From a virus, in IMG/VR virus record IMGVR_UViG_3300044837_000112, positions 1 through 64,000 of that record: 64,000 nucleotides of DNA. The stretch is one strand, 5' to 3'. Under the pieces are notes generated by a model. It had not been told where the DNA came from, ran no database searches, and worked only from the letters and a program-made list of their open reading frames with translations. The translations under genes and the position numbers were made by a program. Positions 38,180-48,023 of the stretch are shown piece after piece (position 1 is the stretch's first letter; each line of letters begins with the position of its first letter).

Positions 38180-41100
38180 TCAACTCCCGACACTAACTTG
38201 CAGGTTGCGAATGAACGCCTCGGCGTCGCCACCGTTCTTGACATTCGGGAATGAAAGGTCTCCGTGGAAATGGTAAACGTTATGCGTAATCGTCGACTGG
38301 AGACGAACGCCGGTCGGCGTCTTCGTCATCGACATCGAGCCGACGCCATTGAACATTCCACCAGCTTGGTAATACTTGACACCCGTAGCACTGAATGGTG
38401 TCGTAATATCAATGCCGAGTTGCTTGCCAAGTTGGTCGAACAACAGGCGAGCGTTATCACGATAAATCGGGTCAGTCGGAATCACGAACTCCGGGAAACC
38501 GCGACGCCCCTCTCCTACTATCGCAGTCGCCTCGTTGACAATCCGACCACCCTGGGCAAACTTCGGCATCTGTGGAAAACTGAACGAGTCACCACCGATG
38601 CCGGGAATCCAACTTGGAATCTTGAAGTTTACCTTGCCAAGTGTCTTATTCCAGATATCAGCAATGCTGTTGAACACACTCTTGGCGGCATTCTTCATAC
38701 CGTCCCACATCGTTGATGCCGCCGCCTTGATGCGACCAGGGATGCCCGTTACCGCACTGACTAGCTTGTCAACCCAGCCCTTAACGGTATTGTATGCCGT
38801 CTTGAAGCCTCCGGCAATGTTTCCGATCACACCGGCGATGATGCCGATAGCCGCTTTGAACTTGTCGCGGGCCGACTGAACCAGTGTGATAAACTGGTTC
38901 CAGTGACCCTTTACGGCAGCAACTGTCGCCTTGAAGATGTCAACGATACCAGAGATAATCAGGCCAATGGCCTCGAACAGTGGCTTGAGTACCTTATTCC
39001 AGATCGCCTTCAGGCCGGTGATAAACGCGTTCCAGATGGCGATCGCAACGTCTTTTAGCATGGTAAAGAAGCCGATGATGCCGTTCACCATGTCGGGGAT
39101 GATACTGTGGCCGATAAGTTCGTCGTACAGCCAGACGAAGAAGTTCCAGATGCCCAGGACGATACCCTTGAACAGGCCCCAAACAATCAGTCCGAAGTTC
39201 TTGAAGAACGAGACGATACCCCAGAAGAGGCCAAAGACTAGATCCTTGAGACCATGTAGTGCAAGTCCAATATCACCAGTTAACAGACCGACAATTATCT
39301 CGACAATGCCACGGATGACTCGAATTACCATCTTGATCATGTCGATGATGAATCCGAGAACAGGACTCAATACATCCTTAAGTACCTCGGCTAGGATACT
39401 AAAGGCACCGAGAAGGAGGCCGCCGATGATCTCTGCCAGTGGCTTAATTGCCTGCCACAGATCGCTCAGCAGAGTACCAATGGGGCCGATGAGGTCCTTG
39501 AACTGTTTTATCTGTGGAAGGATTGTCTTCCATGCATCCTTGAAAGCTGTACCAATTACCTGAATGATTCCAGAGATGGGTGGCCAAAGCAGCTTCCAGG
39601 CCCGGCTAGCAAAGAGGGCGATAGATCCGAAAAGGTCCTTGACCGTATCGATGTATCCACCGAAGTCGACACCCTTGAACGGATTGCCGATACCCTTGAA
39701 CATCGACGAGAAGCCCTTGCCAACAGCTCCAAGCGATGGACCGACCTCTTTACCCAGCCAACTCATAGCAGAATTCCAGCCACGCTTGACCGGACTCAAG
39801 AAGTCAAGACTGAAGCCGCCGAACATGCCTCCCATCTTCTTTGACAGATCTTGGGTGAACTGATCAATCATAGCCGACTGATCTGGAATACCAGGCAACT
39901 CGCGACCTAGCTTGCCACCACCCGTGACACTCGGGAAGTTAGCGCCCGCTCCAGCAGCAAACTGATCGACGCCACCGGCTGACGTCTTCTTGGCTGCGTT
40001 AGATGCCAATTTCTGTGCGGCCGAGTCGAAATCGGAAATAGCCTGCGTAATGGCATCGATCTGCGTCTTGATTTGATCGTACTGTGCTTGAATCTTGTCG
40101 AGAGAGGCGTTTTCTGAATCATAAGTTAGCTGAAGTGCATCACGAGAAACAGTCAATGAATCAACGAGCGCCTTCTGTGTTGTGTATGCCGCAGTGGCAG
40201 CTGCTAGTTGGTCATTGATCCCCTTCTTCTGGCCTTGTAGCGCGTTGAGTTGAGCATCGTAAGCACCGAGAATATCTGAACCTGCGCCTGCCTCGCGAAG
40301 CGACTTCTGGATACCACTAAGCGTCTCAATGTCACCATTGATCATGGCAACCTTGTTCGAGAAGCCGTCCATGGCATTCTTCATGCCATCGAGGATATCC
40401 TTCTGGAGAGTCAGTGAATCGTTTGCTGCATCAAGCTCCGTCTTGAGAGCATTGACTATCGCCTGCTGTGCCTGTAGGCGAGTATTTACAGCATCAAGCT
40501 CGGCGTTAAGGGGTTTTAGATCCTTTATGAGCGCGTCGAACGCCGGAACTGCATCCTTGGCGATGGACAGCAACTCTTTGCGGATCGCTGCGTAATCGGC
40601 TGCCTGTGCAGCTGCTTCTACCTCGCGTACCGCTGCGGCGAACGCTTTTAGGTCTCCGCCCGCCTTCTGGAAAGTAGAGCCGACGTCATGCAGTTCTTCG
40701 TACTGAGTCTTGATTGCAGCGACACCTGTTGTCACGTTGTCCACGTGCGAAGGCGAGTGCCGCTGCCAAGGGTTGATGTGCTGGAACCAGCCGTAAATCG
40801 CATGCGCTGCTGCCGCGATCGTGTCGACCACTGCGATCATCGCACTCTGAATACCCTTAGGAAGAGCATTGAATGCGCTGAGCACGAAGTTGACAACAGC
40901 GTTAGCTGCATCTGCTAGCGGCTTGAAAATGGTACTCAGATCGAAGTATTTCTGCAGCCACTGGACAAAGTTCTGCCAGCCTTGCTTGATGTCATTCCAG
41001 AAAACAACGAATACAGCAATTACGGCTGCGACGATCAATCCAGGCCAGCCGACAAGAAATGTACCGACCGCTATTAATGCATCAACGATACCTCCGGCTA

Positions 41101-42499
41101 TAGACACAATCCCCAGCACAAGCCAGCGACCAAGACCGAAAAGCCAAAGGAATCCCTTCGCCACCTCGGCAATCAGAATCTCGAGTGCGCCGAAGATACG
41201 AAGCACCGGACCAATGCCTGCCAGAATTAGCAGACCGAACAGGATGAATTTCTGTACAGCCGGGTTCAGATTGGCAAACCAAGTAGCCAACCGTGCGACC
41301 GACTGGGCCAGATACAGAATCGTCGGGATCATCGGCTGAATGATGTCCGCCATCGCATTCTGTAGGGTTACCCAGATCTCTTTCAGTCGCTGTGGATTCG
41401 AGTTGAGGACCTGGTTAAGTTCCTTCTGTGCCTGCGCATACACCTTCGTCTTGTCTGCCGTACTGGCCAGCGCCTTAGCGTAGTAGCCAGTGGACGAATT
41501 CAGCTCCACCATCAGCTGATTGAACCGTGTCACCTGGTAAATGCCGGCTATCTGCTTTCCGACGAAGCCCTTCTGTGCGTCGCTCAGCGTGCTATACGCC
41601 TTTGCAACGGTGAGGAGCCGCTGCTGGGCGTTCAATTGCTCAAATGACATGGCGTTCGTGTTGATGCCCATGTCTTTAAGTGCCGAACTCACCGATGCAG
41701 TAGGCGACATTAGACGCGTCAAGATTGTCTTGAGGGCGTTACCTGCCTGGGATGCTGTTGCAGCAGTAGGGACGAGTGCAGCTATATCAGCAGCAAGATA
41801 GCGAGCGCTAATTCCATACGTGGCTGCCGTAGAAGCCGATCGCTGGAAACCTTCGATCAAACCCTGCATAGAGACGCCGGTCTGATTCTCTACCATATTC
41901 AAGATGTCAATTGTTGTCGCGAGTTCTGTAATACTCTGGCCGTACTGTGCCTGGATTGAGATCAATGACTGAGTTGCCTCAGCGGCCGTCTGCTCGCCAA
42001 GGATCATCGTCTGCAGTGTCAACTGTACCGACTTGGCAAGCGCAATACCAGAAACTCCGGCTGCTGCCCAGTCGGCGGCGATGTTAAGCACGTCCGCCTG
42101 TGACACGCCAAACTCATCAGACAGCAGCACGAACGCCTTCCTCAAGGCGTTAATCTCGTTTGTCATTTGTGCAACTGTCTGGGTGCCGTCGCCGTACACC
42201 TTCTGGATCCGAACGAGGGCCGTCTCGTTAGCGAGTTCAAACTTCATCGCCGCCGCTGCAGCTGCCACAATAGGCAAAGTGAAGTTGTACTCTAACTGGC
42301 GACCGAGCCACTGCGTGCGACTGCCGAAGCTGGTCATGCGATTCAGCGTATTACCGAGGGCGACACCGAAACCATCGGTCTGCATGGTAGCGCCAGTCAT
42401 CCGGCCACCGAGAGCAGTCAGTTGAGCACGAATCGCCGCGAGGGCCGCCTGCGCCTGTGCGGTAGTAATTCGGATCTGAATGTTCAAGATGGAGTTCAC
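38180..42499 (-). CDS. tape measure protein
   Basis: AAGGAG + GTG at 42499; TP901-type N-domain (AGNALKTILTRL), W-periodic amphipathic repeats, FAQGG...VGE. Confidence 0.92.
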   Translation of the reverse strand: MNSILNIQIRITTAQAQAALAAIRAQLTALGGRMTGATMQTDGFGVALGNTLNRMTSFGSRTQWLGRQLEYNFTLPIVAAAAAAMKFELANETALVRIQKVYGDGTQTVAQMTNEINALRKAFVLLSDEFGVSQADVLNIAADWAAAGVSGIALAKSVQLTLQTMILGEQTAAEATQSLISIQAQYGQSITELATTIDILNMVENQTGVSMQGLIEGFQRSASTAATYGISARYLAADIAALVPTAATASQAGNALKTILTRLMSPTASVSSALKDMGINTNAMSFEQLNAQQRLLTVAKAYSTLSDAQKGFVGKQIAGIYQVTRFNQLMVELNSSTGYYAKALASTADKTKVYAQAQKELNQVLNSNPQRLKEIWVTLQNAMADIIQPMIPTILYLAQSVARLATWFANLNPAVQKFILFGLLILAGIGPVLRIFGALEILIAEVAKGFLWLFGLGRWLVLGIVSIAGGIVDALIAVGTFLVGWPGLIVAAVIAVFVVFWNDIKQGWQNFVQWLQKYFDLSTIFKPLADAANAVVNFVLSAFNALPKGIQSAMIAVVDTIAAAAHAIYGWFQHINPWQRHSPSHVDNVTTGVAAIKTQYEELHDVGSTFQKAGGDLKAFAAAVREVEAAAQAADYAAIRKELLSIAKDAVPAFDALIKDLKPLNAELDAVNTRLQAQQAIVNALKTELDAANDSLTLQKDILDGMKNAMDGFSNKVAMINGDIETLSGIQKSLREAGAGSDILGAYDAQLNALQGQKKGINDQLAAATAAYTTQKALVDSLTVSRDALQLTYDSENASLDKIQAQYDQIKTQIDAITQAISDFDSAAQKLASNAAKKTSAGGVDQFAAGAGANFPSVTGGGKLGRELPGIPDQSAMIDQFTQDLSKKMGGMFGGFSLDFLSPVKRGWNSAMSWLGKEVGPSLGAVGKGFSSMFKGIGNPFKGVDFGGYIDTVKDLFGSIALFASRAWKLLWPPISGIIQVIGTAFKDAWKTILPQIKQFKDLIGPIGTLLSDLWQAIKPLAEIIGGLLLGAFSILAEVLKDVLSPVLGFIIDMIKMVIRVIRGIVEIIVGLLTGDIGLALHGLKDLVFGLFWGIVSFFKNFGLIVWGLFKGIVLGIWNFFVWLYDELIGHSIIPDMVNGIIGFFTMLKDVAIAIWNAFITGLKAIWNKVLKPLFEAIGLIISGIVDIFKATVAAVKGHWNQFITLVQSARDKFKAAIGIIAGVIGNIAGGFKTAYNTVKGWVDKLVSAVTGIPGRIKAAASTMWDGMKNAAKSVFNSIADIWNKTLGKVNFKIPSWIPGIGGDSFSFPQMPKFAQGGRIVNEATAIVGEGRRGFPEFVIPTDPIYRDNARLLFDQLGKQLGIDITTPFSATGVKYYQAGGMFNGVGSMSMTKTPTGVRLQSTITHNVYHFHGDLSFPNVKNGGDAEAFIRNLQVSVGS

Positions 42500-42561
42500 T
42501 GAAGCTCCTTGGTCTTTTCCCGACCTACACTGGACCTCATGTGTCCTACATGACAGAGAAT

Positions 42562-42607
42562 AACGGAACGCGGCCACCCCCGTCTATCAAAGTGGCCGCG
42601 TTCCGTT
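42562..42607 (-). terminator. 16-bp stem hairpin between tail chaperone and tape measure
   Basis: AACGGAACGCGGCCAC / GTGGCCGCGTTCCGTT. Confidence 0.7.
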
Positions 42608-43482
42608 TCACATTTTAACTCGCGATGGATGCCCAAGTAGTCCCTTGTTTGCACCACGCTTATTCTTTTCCGCTTGATCTTTTTGCGCTTCCAGCTTCTC
42701 GTTCTGCGCTATGCCAACCTGCTGGAGGATATAGAACATGTCTGACACGAACTGAGGGTCCTGGTCGTACATGCCACCTGCCTCCGGCAGGTGTGCCCAC
42801 TTCATCCCAGCGAGCAGGGCGAACATCCGAATCGCGCCACAGGGATTTGATATTTCCTCGTCATGCGCGAAGGCTTCGACCTGGGCTAGGAAGAGGGTTT
42901 TCCCGCTTCGCGCTCCTCGGCCTTAATGAGTGCCTCCTGCAGCTTAGCGATTTCCTCGCGGATCATGTCCGGCGTCGCGTTCGCCGTCATGAAGGGGTTC
43001 GCCTCGACAATTGCAGCGTGCAGATCGCTGACGTGCTTCGGGTTGGCTTCCTTGAGCCACTTCTCCAGTTCGGCATGCTGGCTGCCCTTAGAGAAGGGAA
43101 TCGGCACGATTTCGATGCTGCCATCTTCAGCGTACCGCTTTGTAACGAGGTGCCAGCCGGTGACGCTACCAAGGATCAACTCGTGTCGTTCCTTGGCCGT
43201 ATCGACAGCGAGGGAGGCTTCGTCCGTCGACCGACTCATCTTCAGTGACTTTGACGTCGCTCGCTCGAACTTGGCTCGATCGCCTTCGTTCAGTTTCTTG
43301 AACTCGATCTTCTGCTTGCCATCCGGGAAGAACCACTCCCCGAACTCCTTGAAGCCGTAGTAATCACCATAGCCGGTACTGTCGTCGATCTCGGCGTTGA
43401 TGGTCGACGCCTGGCCGCCATTGCCGCCCGAAAGCGGCATGTTTCCAAGCTGCATGACGTTCGCTTGATCGTGTACGGTCAT
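42608..43482 (-). CDS. tail assembly chaperone GT (-1 frameshift product)
   Basis: -1 shift at GGGAAAA reads open (TLFLAQVEAFAHDEEISNPCGAIR) into MFALLAGMKWAHLPEAGGMYDQDP. Confidence 0.85.
42886..43482 (-). CDS. tail assembly chaperone G
   Basis: between tail tube and tape measure; ends EAGKPSS. Confidence 0.85.
   Translation of the reverse strand: MTVHDQANVMQLGNMPLSGGNGGQASTINAEIDDSTGYGDYYGFKEFGEWFFPDGKQKIEFKKLNEGDRAKFERATSKSLKMSRSTDEASLAVDTAKERHELILGSVTGWHLVTKRYAEDGSIEIVPIPFSKGSQHAELEKWLKEANPKHVSDLHAAIVEANPFMTANATPDMIREEIAKLQEALIKAEEREAGKPSS
42898..42904 (-). other. programmed -1 ribosomal frameshift slippery site G GGA AAA
   Basis: X XXY YYZ heptamer in the correct frame, three codons before the stop. 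Confidence 0.88.
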
Positions 43483-43521
43483 TCTAGGTCCTCCTGAACC
43501 TTTTGGACTTCACTGAACAAC

Positions 43522-43555
43522 GCCGGGCGCCAGTCTGTCTGCACTGGCGCCCGGC
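43522..43555 (-). terminator. hairpin terminator after major tail gene
   Basis: GCCGGGCGCCAGT / ACTGGCGCCCGGC, followed by GTTGTT on the - strand. Confidence 0.7.
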
Positions 43556-43582
43556 ACTCCTAGATATCTTGTCACGGGAAAA

Positions 43583-44929
43583 TTACGCCGGGTTACCACC
43601 AGTCGCGATGATGACGTAGACTCGCATGATCGGAGTCGTCGTGACTGGCCGAAGTGGCTGGAAGACGATATCCGAGTCAATGATGTCGTCGCCGGACACC
43701 TTCAACGCGTACGGTTGCAAGGCCGCCAATGGGAAGACAAACTTGATCGTGTTGGAAAGCAGTGGAGACGAACCCGCGATCGTGCTGTACGTCTGGCAAG
43801 TGATCACGATCGGTGACTTTGTCACCACGCCACCGGGCGACGTCGCTGCCGAGCTGCCGTAGACCGCCTGGCGCCACAGCGTCTTGTCCTGCTCGCGGAT
43901 CGTCACGCCGACGGTGATGTTGCGCCGCTTGGCCGTGAGGTCACCGAGAACGAAGCTGCCGAGGCGGAAGTCGTCCGCCGCGAACTGATTGTCCAGGTCG
44001 AACTTGAACGACTTCGCCGCCAGGCTGACGCCACCGTAAGTGATGGTGATATTCGTGCCGGTAATCAAGTCACCGTTGTCGTACAGCGCTGGGTTAGTGA
44101 TCGGGCTGGCGACCGCATTCTGAATACGAGCGATCATGCCCGCAGTGCCCATGAAGTAGCCAGCTGAGGCCGCTTCGAAATGCAAGGTGTTCACGACGGC
44201 GTCGGTGTACTGCCAGACGTCGAAGACGGGACCGCCGGAGATCTGCTCTTCGATCGACAGGAAGTTGAGCTGCCCATCGATCGGAACGAACAGGTGCTGG
44301 AAGCCCGCCGCGTTGCTGACACCGGTCGTGGTATGCGTGACGGTGACGATGGGCGACGAGCCAACCAAGCCAGCGCTGGTTGCCGTGATGGCTGTCGTTG
44401 TACCGTTGAGCGCGCCGTCGAAGGTAACGACGACAGTGGCCGCACCCTGGAACAGCGGGCCGCCAGTACAGATGACATCGTTATCGCCGATATTACTCAG
44501 CAACGCAAGGGCCGCCTGAATCTGGCCAGCTGTTGCGTTGTACGGAATAGCCGCTGTCGTCTGCGCACCGTACGTAAGCGTGAAAGTACCACTTGCGGCC
44601 GTGCCGGTATAGCCGAGCGTCTGGACGTCCTGAGTACCGGCCGGGCCGACGTAGTGCAGCCCCATCGCCGCCTGCAGCAGCGTCATGATGGACTGAAGGC
44701 GACCGTAGAACTCGTAGTCACCGGCGTACGATACGGGACCAAGGAAGGCGTCCGTGACGTCACGGCCGCCACCGATCTCCGGGTCCGGGATCATCAGCGT
44801 ACGAGACGGCGCCAGCGCGCCGGTCTTCGTCTTCATCGCGACGCCTGCGGTCGTGATATCAGCTTGGAAGGTACCCGCCACCGCCTGCGTACGGAGAATG
44901 ACGTGCCCTGGCTGGGATGAGAAACCCAT
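43583..44929 (-). CDS. major tail tube protein with an inserted about 100-aa surface domain
   Basis: 448 aa upstream of chaperones; insert DVQTL..GTFTLTYG.QTT..IPYNA. Confidence 0.8.
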   Translation of the reverse strand: MGFSSQPGHVILRTQAVAGTFQADITTAGVAMKTKTGALAPSRTLMIPDPEIGGGRDVTDAFLGPVSYAGDYEFYGRLQSIMTLLQAAMGLHYVGPAGTQDVQTLGYTGTAASGTFTLTYGAQTTAAIPYNATAGQIQAALALLSNIGDNDVICTGGPLFQGAATVVVTFDGALNGTTTAITATSAGLVGSSPIVTVTHTTTGVSNAAGFQHLFVPIDGQLNFLSIEEQISGGPVFDVWQYTDAVVNTLHFEAASAGYFMGTAGMIARIQNAVASPITNPALYDNGDLITGTNITITYGGVSLAAKSFKFDLDNQFAADDFRLGSFVLGDLTAKRRNITVGVTIREQDKTLWRQAVYGSSAATSPGGVVTKSPIVITCQTYSTIAGSSPLLSNTIKFVFPLAALQPYALKVSGDDIIDSDIVFQPLRPVTTTPIMRVYVIIATGGNPA

Positions 44930-44932
44930 GGG

Positions 44933-45352
44933 TTACTTCTCCTCTCCGGTAGCGGGGATGAAGATGGAAGCCATCGGCGACGGCATAGCCACCGGGGTGG
45001 CTTCGGTCGGTCCGGTAGGCCCTGTCGGCTCCGTAACGCCAGTCTTCTCGACGGGCAGGTCGACGGGCAGGTCGACGGGCAGGTCGACGGGCGCCGGATC
45101 GATTCCGGCAGCAGCCAGCAGCATCGCCGCCTTGGCCTCAGAAACCGTGCCACTGCTTACTGCGCGATCGACCTCTTGCTTAAACTCCGTCTGCGCGAGC
45201 AGGTGATCCTCGTCCAACTTCTTGGCCTGGATCTCATCGTGCGACAGCTGAAGCGTATGCTCCGTGTGAGTCTTGAGAGTACGCGTCAGATCGCGAACGG
45301 CGTCGTTGCGACGAATCCGCTCCTCGATCGACAACTGCTCCGGTTCGGTCAT
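44933..45352 (-). CDS. hypothetical virion-operon protein
   Basis: coupled ORF with PVDL repeats. Confidence 0.55.
   Translation of the reverse strand: MTEPEQLSIEERIRRNDAVRDLTRTLKTHTEHTLQLSHDEIQAKKLDEDHLLAQTEFKQEVDRAVSSGTVSEAKAAMLLAAAGIDPAPVDLPVDLPVDLPVEKTGVTEPTGPTGPTEATPVAMPSPMASIFIPATGEEK
45048..45091. repeat. 12-nt tandem repeat TCGACGGGCAGG (about 3.5 copies; encodes PVDL)
   Basis: visible in the sequence. Confidence 0.8.
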
Positions 45353-45361
45353 CTGACGTCC

Positions 45362-45850
45362 CTACTGTGTCTGCGTCTCAAGCCAATATTCGATGGTCGA
45401 CAGGTGCATGAAATTACCCTTTACTTCGTTACTCAGGTAACGCGTCCGGGCAACTCCGCGCCGCTGGATCTTCTCCGTCTTCCCGAACATGGTGATCTGG
45501 AGTTGGTCCAATCCTATGCGGAGCGGCGCGTCGTTGTAAAGCAAAGACCGCATCACTTTCGACAACACAGAATGCACCCGGATACCCTTCACTGGGTCCG
45601 CGTCGATCACCCAGGCCTGTACGCCAATCGTGTATTTCTGAAGCGTCGGCTCTTCGTAGCCACCAGTCTCGAAGCTGGCCTCGTTCGGTGCCCAGCTAAG
45701 CGGATAGATACCCACACTCTGGGTTGGATCTCCAGTATTCAGCATCCGCTGGATTACGAAAAGATCTGGGTAAAGCATCTCTGTCCGAGTACTAATCAGT
45801 TCGATCGCGTTGCTTGGGAAGACCTCTGTGGTCTCGTCGAAAAGTGTCAT
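45362..45850 (-). CDS. tail terminator / tail completion protein
   Basis: position and size. Confidence 0.55.
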   Translation of the reverse strand: MTLFDETTEVFPSNAIELISTRTEMLYPDLFVIQRMLNTGDPTQSVGIYPLSWAPNEASFETGGYEEPTLQKYTIGVQAWVIDADPVKGIRVHSVLSKVMRSLLYNDAPLRIGLDQLQITMFGKTEKIQRRGVARTRYLSNEVKGNFMHLSTIEYWLETQTQ

Positions 45851-46371
45851 CAGATGCCAATCAATCCACCGATAAGGTACCTGGACAGATCATCGGTAAG
45901 GTCAACCGCATCAATCTGGTTGATACCAAGTACTGGACGCTTTGGCGTCTTGGGCGTGTCACGACCGAACTGCGCAGTCATCAACTTCTGCTGAACCTCG
46001 ACGGACATACTGCCACCCGGATAGGTGACGCGGATATCACCAGGTGCTGCACTGATCTCGCCCTGGTTCGTGTCGAGGTAGTCGAGCATCTCGCCAGTTC
46101 GCTGATTGATCGGATGGTCGCCCGGATAGCCAAGAGACTGACGAATAGAGATCGTCGCGCCAGCTAGATCCTTCCATTGACCAACGACGTCGTCGCCCTC
46201 GTTGGCGAAGCGCTGATCAACCCTATCTTGCAGATAAGGGACCGCAACATTCGAGAGAAAGTTCTCCAGAGAGGACTCACTGATCATCAGCTCAATACTA
46301 TCGAGCTGTTCCATGACGCGACTGTCGTCGAGCGTGATGGTGAACATACCATTAACAACAGCCCTGGCCAT
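45850..46371 (-). CDS. Mu gpG-like virion morphogenesis protein
   Basis: RFANEG...WKDLAGATI..R...PINQRTG...Q.G...PKRPVLGI. Confidence 0.7.
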   Translation of the reverse strand: MARAVVNGMFTITLDDSRVMEQLDSIELMISESSLENFLSNVAVPYLQDRVDQRFANEGDDVVGQWKDLAGATISIRQSLGYPGDHPINQRTGEMLDYLDTNQGEISAAPGDIRVTYPGGSMSVEVQQKLMTAQFGRDTPKTPKRPVLGINQIDAVDLTDDLSRYLIGGLIGI

Positions 46372-46380
46372 AGGACTCGC

Positions 46381-46926
46381 CTACCCGCCGCCGATGAAGG
46401 GGTTACCCCAGCCGCCCTCCGGCGGACCCCAGGGGGCGCCGCCAGCCGGGAAGATGGGGTTCGGATTTGGGTACAGGTAAGGCGCCCGCTGTGTGAAGAT
46501 ATAGAAGCTGTCGACACCGGAAGCGAGATCCTGCTGACCGATAACCGGTCCCTGAACGCCTAGATCATCTGTGTTAATGAACGGGGCGCCCGGGAGAACG
46601 ATATCTCCATTGGTCACCTTATAAAGCGCAGACTGCGCCTCTTTGAGGAGTTGGGCTGCATAAGCGTTGACATGGTCGGCTTCCGCACCCGCCTGCACAG
46701 CCATGAGCCAGCGCGCCGATGCGATAAAGTTGTTGATCCGCTGCAGCCAGCTGACTGTGATCCTGTTTGCGGCCACAGCCTCGTCGACGACGATCGGAGT
46801 GACATAACGGAGACCCAGCGCGATATCTATCTCGTTCGCAGCGTCATCGACGTACTGTCGTCCCATCTCCTCGGAGGGAGTCGGAATGACACCAAGCAGC
46901 ATGTCGCTCACAGCCGAGTAGGCCAT
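46381..46926 (-). CDS. head-tail adaptor (Mu gp36/DUF1320-like)
   Basis: MAYSAVSD...DAANEID..L..RYVTP...L..V.NG.I.L. Confidence 0.72.
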   Translation of the reverse strand: MAYSAVSDMLLGVIPTPSEEMGRQYVDDAANEIDIALGLRYVTPIVVDEAVAANRITVSWLQRINNFIASARWLMAVQAGAEADHVNAYAAQLLKEAQSALYKVTNGDIVLPGAPFINTDDLGVQGPVIGQQDLASGVDSFYIFTQRAPYLYPNPNPIFPAGGAPWGPPEGGWGNPFIGGG

Positions 46927-46966
46927 TCCGCACTCCCTTCGAGTTGTTACTGCCTAACGGGAATTA

Positions 46967-47443
46967 CTACTTCTTGAAGCCAAGCGAACTGGCCTCGGGG
47001 GCCTTGGCTTCCTTCTCGTCGTCGGCCTTCTTGGCAGCCAGGGCCGCCTCGATTTCCTCCGGCGAGGAGTTCTCGTCGACCTCGTCGTCGTCGCTGCCTT
47101 CGGCCGGCTCGTCGACGCTGTGGTGCAGCAACTCCGGGTCGTCGTCGGCGTTGCCGATCAGGTGATCGTACTGATCGGTGTGCTTGAGCCGGTCGGCGTC
47201 GGTCAGCAGCGGCTTGCCGCCGATGTCTGCGTAGTTCATGTACTCGGGATCGACGCCGATGAAGTCACGAACGTCGTTGCCCTCGACGCGGAAGTCGCGA
47301 GCGTTGGGGTCGTCGCGTAGGTACTTTGGGACATAATCCGCGCCGTCGCCGCGCACGGGCAGCGAGCTGTTCTCGCTGGCGTCGGAATCGGTCTCGGAAA
47401 CGACAACCTCGGCATCGTCGTCCTTCTTTGTGGCGTCATCCAC
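46967..47443 (-). CDS. acidic hypothetical protein
   Basis: GGGAG RBS; FIGVDPEYMNYA. Confidence 0.6.
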   Translation of the reverse strand: MDDATKKDDDAEVVVSETDSDASENSSLPVRGDGADYVPKYLRDDPNARDFRVEGNDVRDFIGVDPEYMNYADIGGKPLLTDADRLKHTDQYDHLIGNADDDPELLHHSVDEPAEGSDDDEVDENSSPEEIEAALAAKKADDEKEAKAPEASSLGFKK

Positions 47444-47569
47444 CGGAAGCTCCCTGTCGTGATGTGCTCTGAGGCCGACGGGCGAGACAGGGCTTTACAG
47501 ACCCGCCCCGCCCATCGCTGGTATCCGACTCGAGCATTTAACGTCCGCAGGTCGGCTTGGACGGTGTGT

Positions 47570-47767
47570 CTAGAAGCCGTTCTTGGAGACTGCGCCGCGA
47601 CCCGGCTGACGTGAAGTAACGCCAACTCGGCCGTTCTTGTTGCCACCGCCACCAGGACCGACTGCTACTGCTGGACTCCGCTTGCCAGGCCGACCGCCGG
47701 ACGGGATCGCCCGCTGACCGGAAGGCTGCATGACGACCGAGCCGTCAGGCAGACGTGTTGCCGCCAT
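47570..47767 (-). CDS. small basic G/R-rich protein
   Basis: GGAGG RBS. Confidence 0.45.
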   Translation of the reverse strand: MAATRLPDGSVVMQPSGQRAIPSGGRPGKRSPAVAVGPGGGGNKNGRVGVTSRQPGRGAVSKNGF

Positions 47768-48020
47768 CGGTGGTCACCTCCTCTTCCTTCTCGTCGAGCA
47801 TGAACGTAACCGTGAACTCGTCGCCCATGGTGAGCTGGTCGGCGAGTTCGTTCTTCATCGACATCTGAAGCTGGAGACCGGGAGTGGAAGACGCCCACTC
47901 CTTGTTGACCTCGCGGCCATTCGACCCGTAGTTCGGACCGAAGCTGAATGCCGTGACGTTCTCGCCGTTCGGCTGCTTGTAGCCGAGCTTGAGCTTGGCC
48001 GTGAAGGACTTCAGAGCCAT
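47745..48020 (-). CDS. hypothetical protein
   Basis: follows capsid; FGPNY...NKEWASSTP...M.M. Confidence 0.6.
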   Translation of the reverse strand: MALKSFTAKLKLGYKQPNGENVTAFSFGPNYGSNGREVNKEWASSTPGLQLQMSMKNELADQLTMGDEFTVTFMLDEKEEEVTTDGGNTSA

Positions 48021-48023
48021 GCG

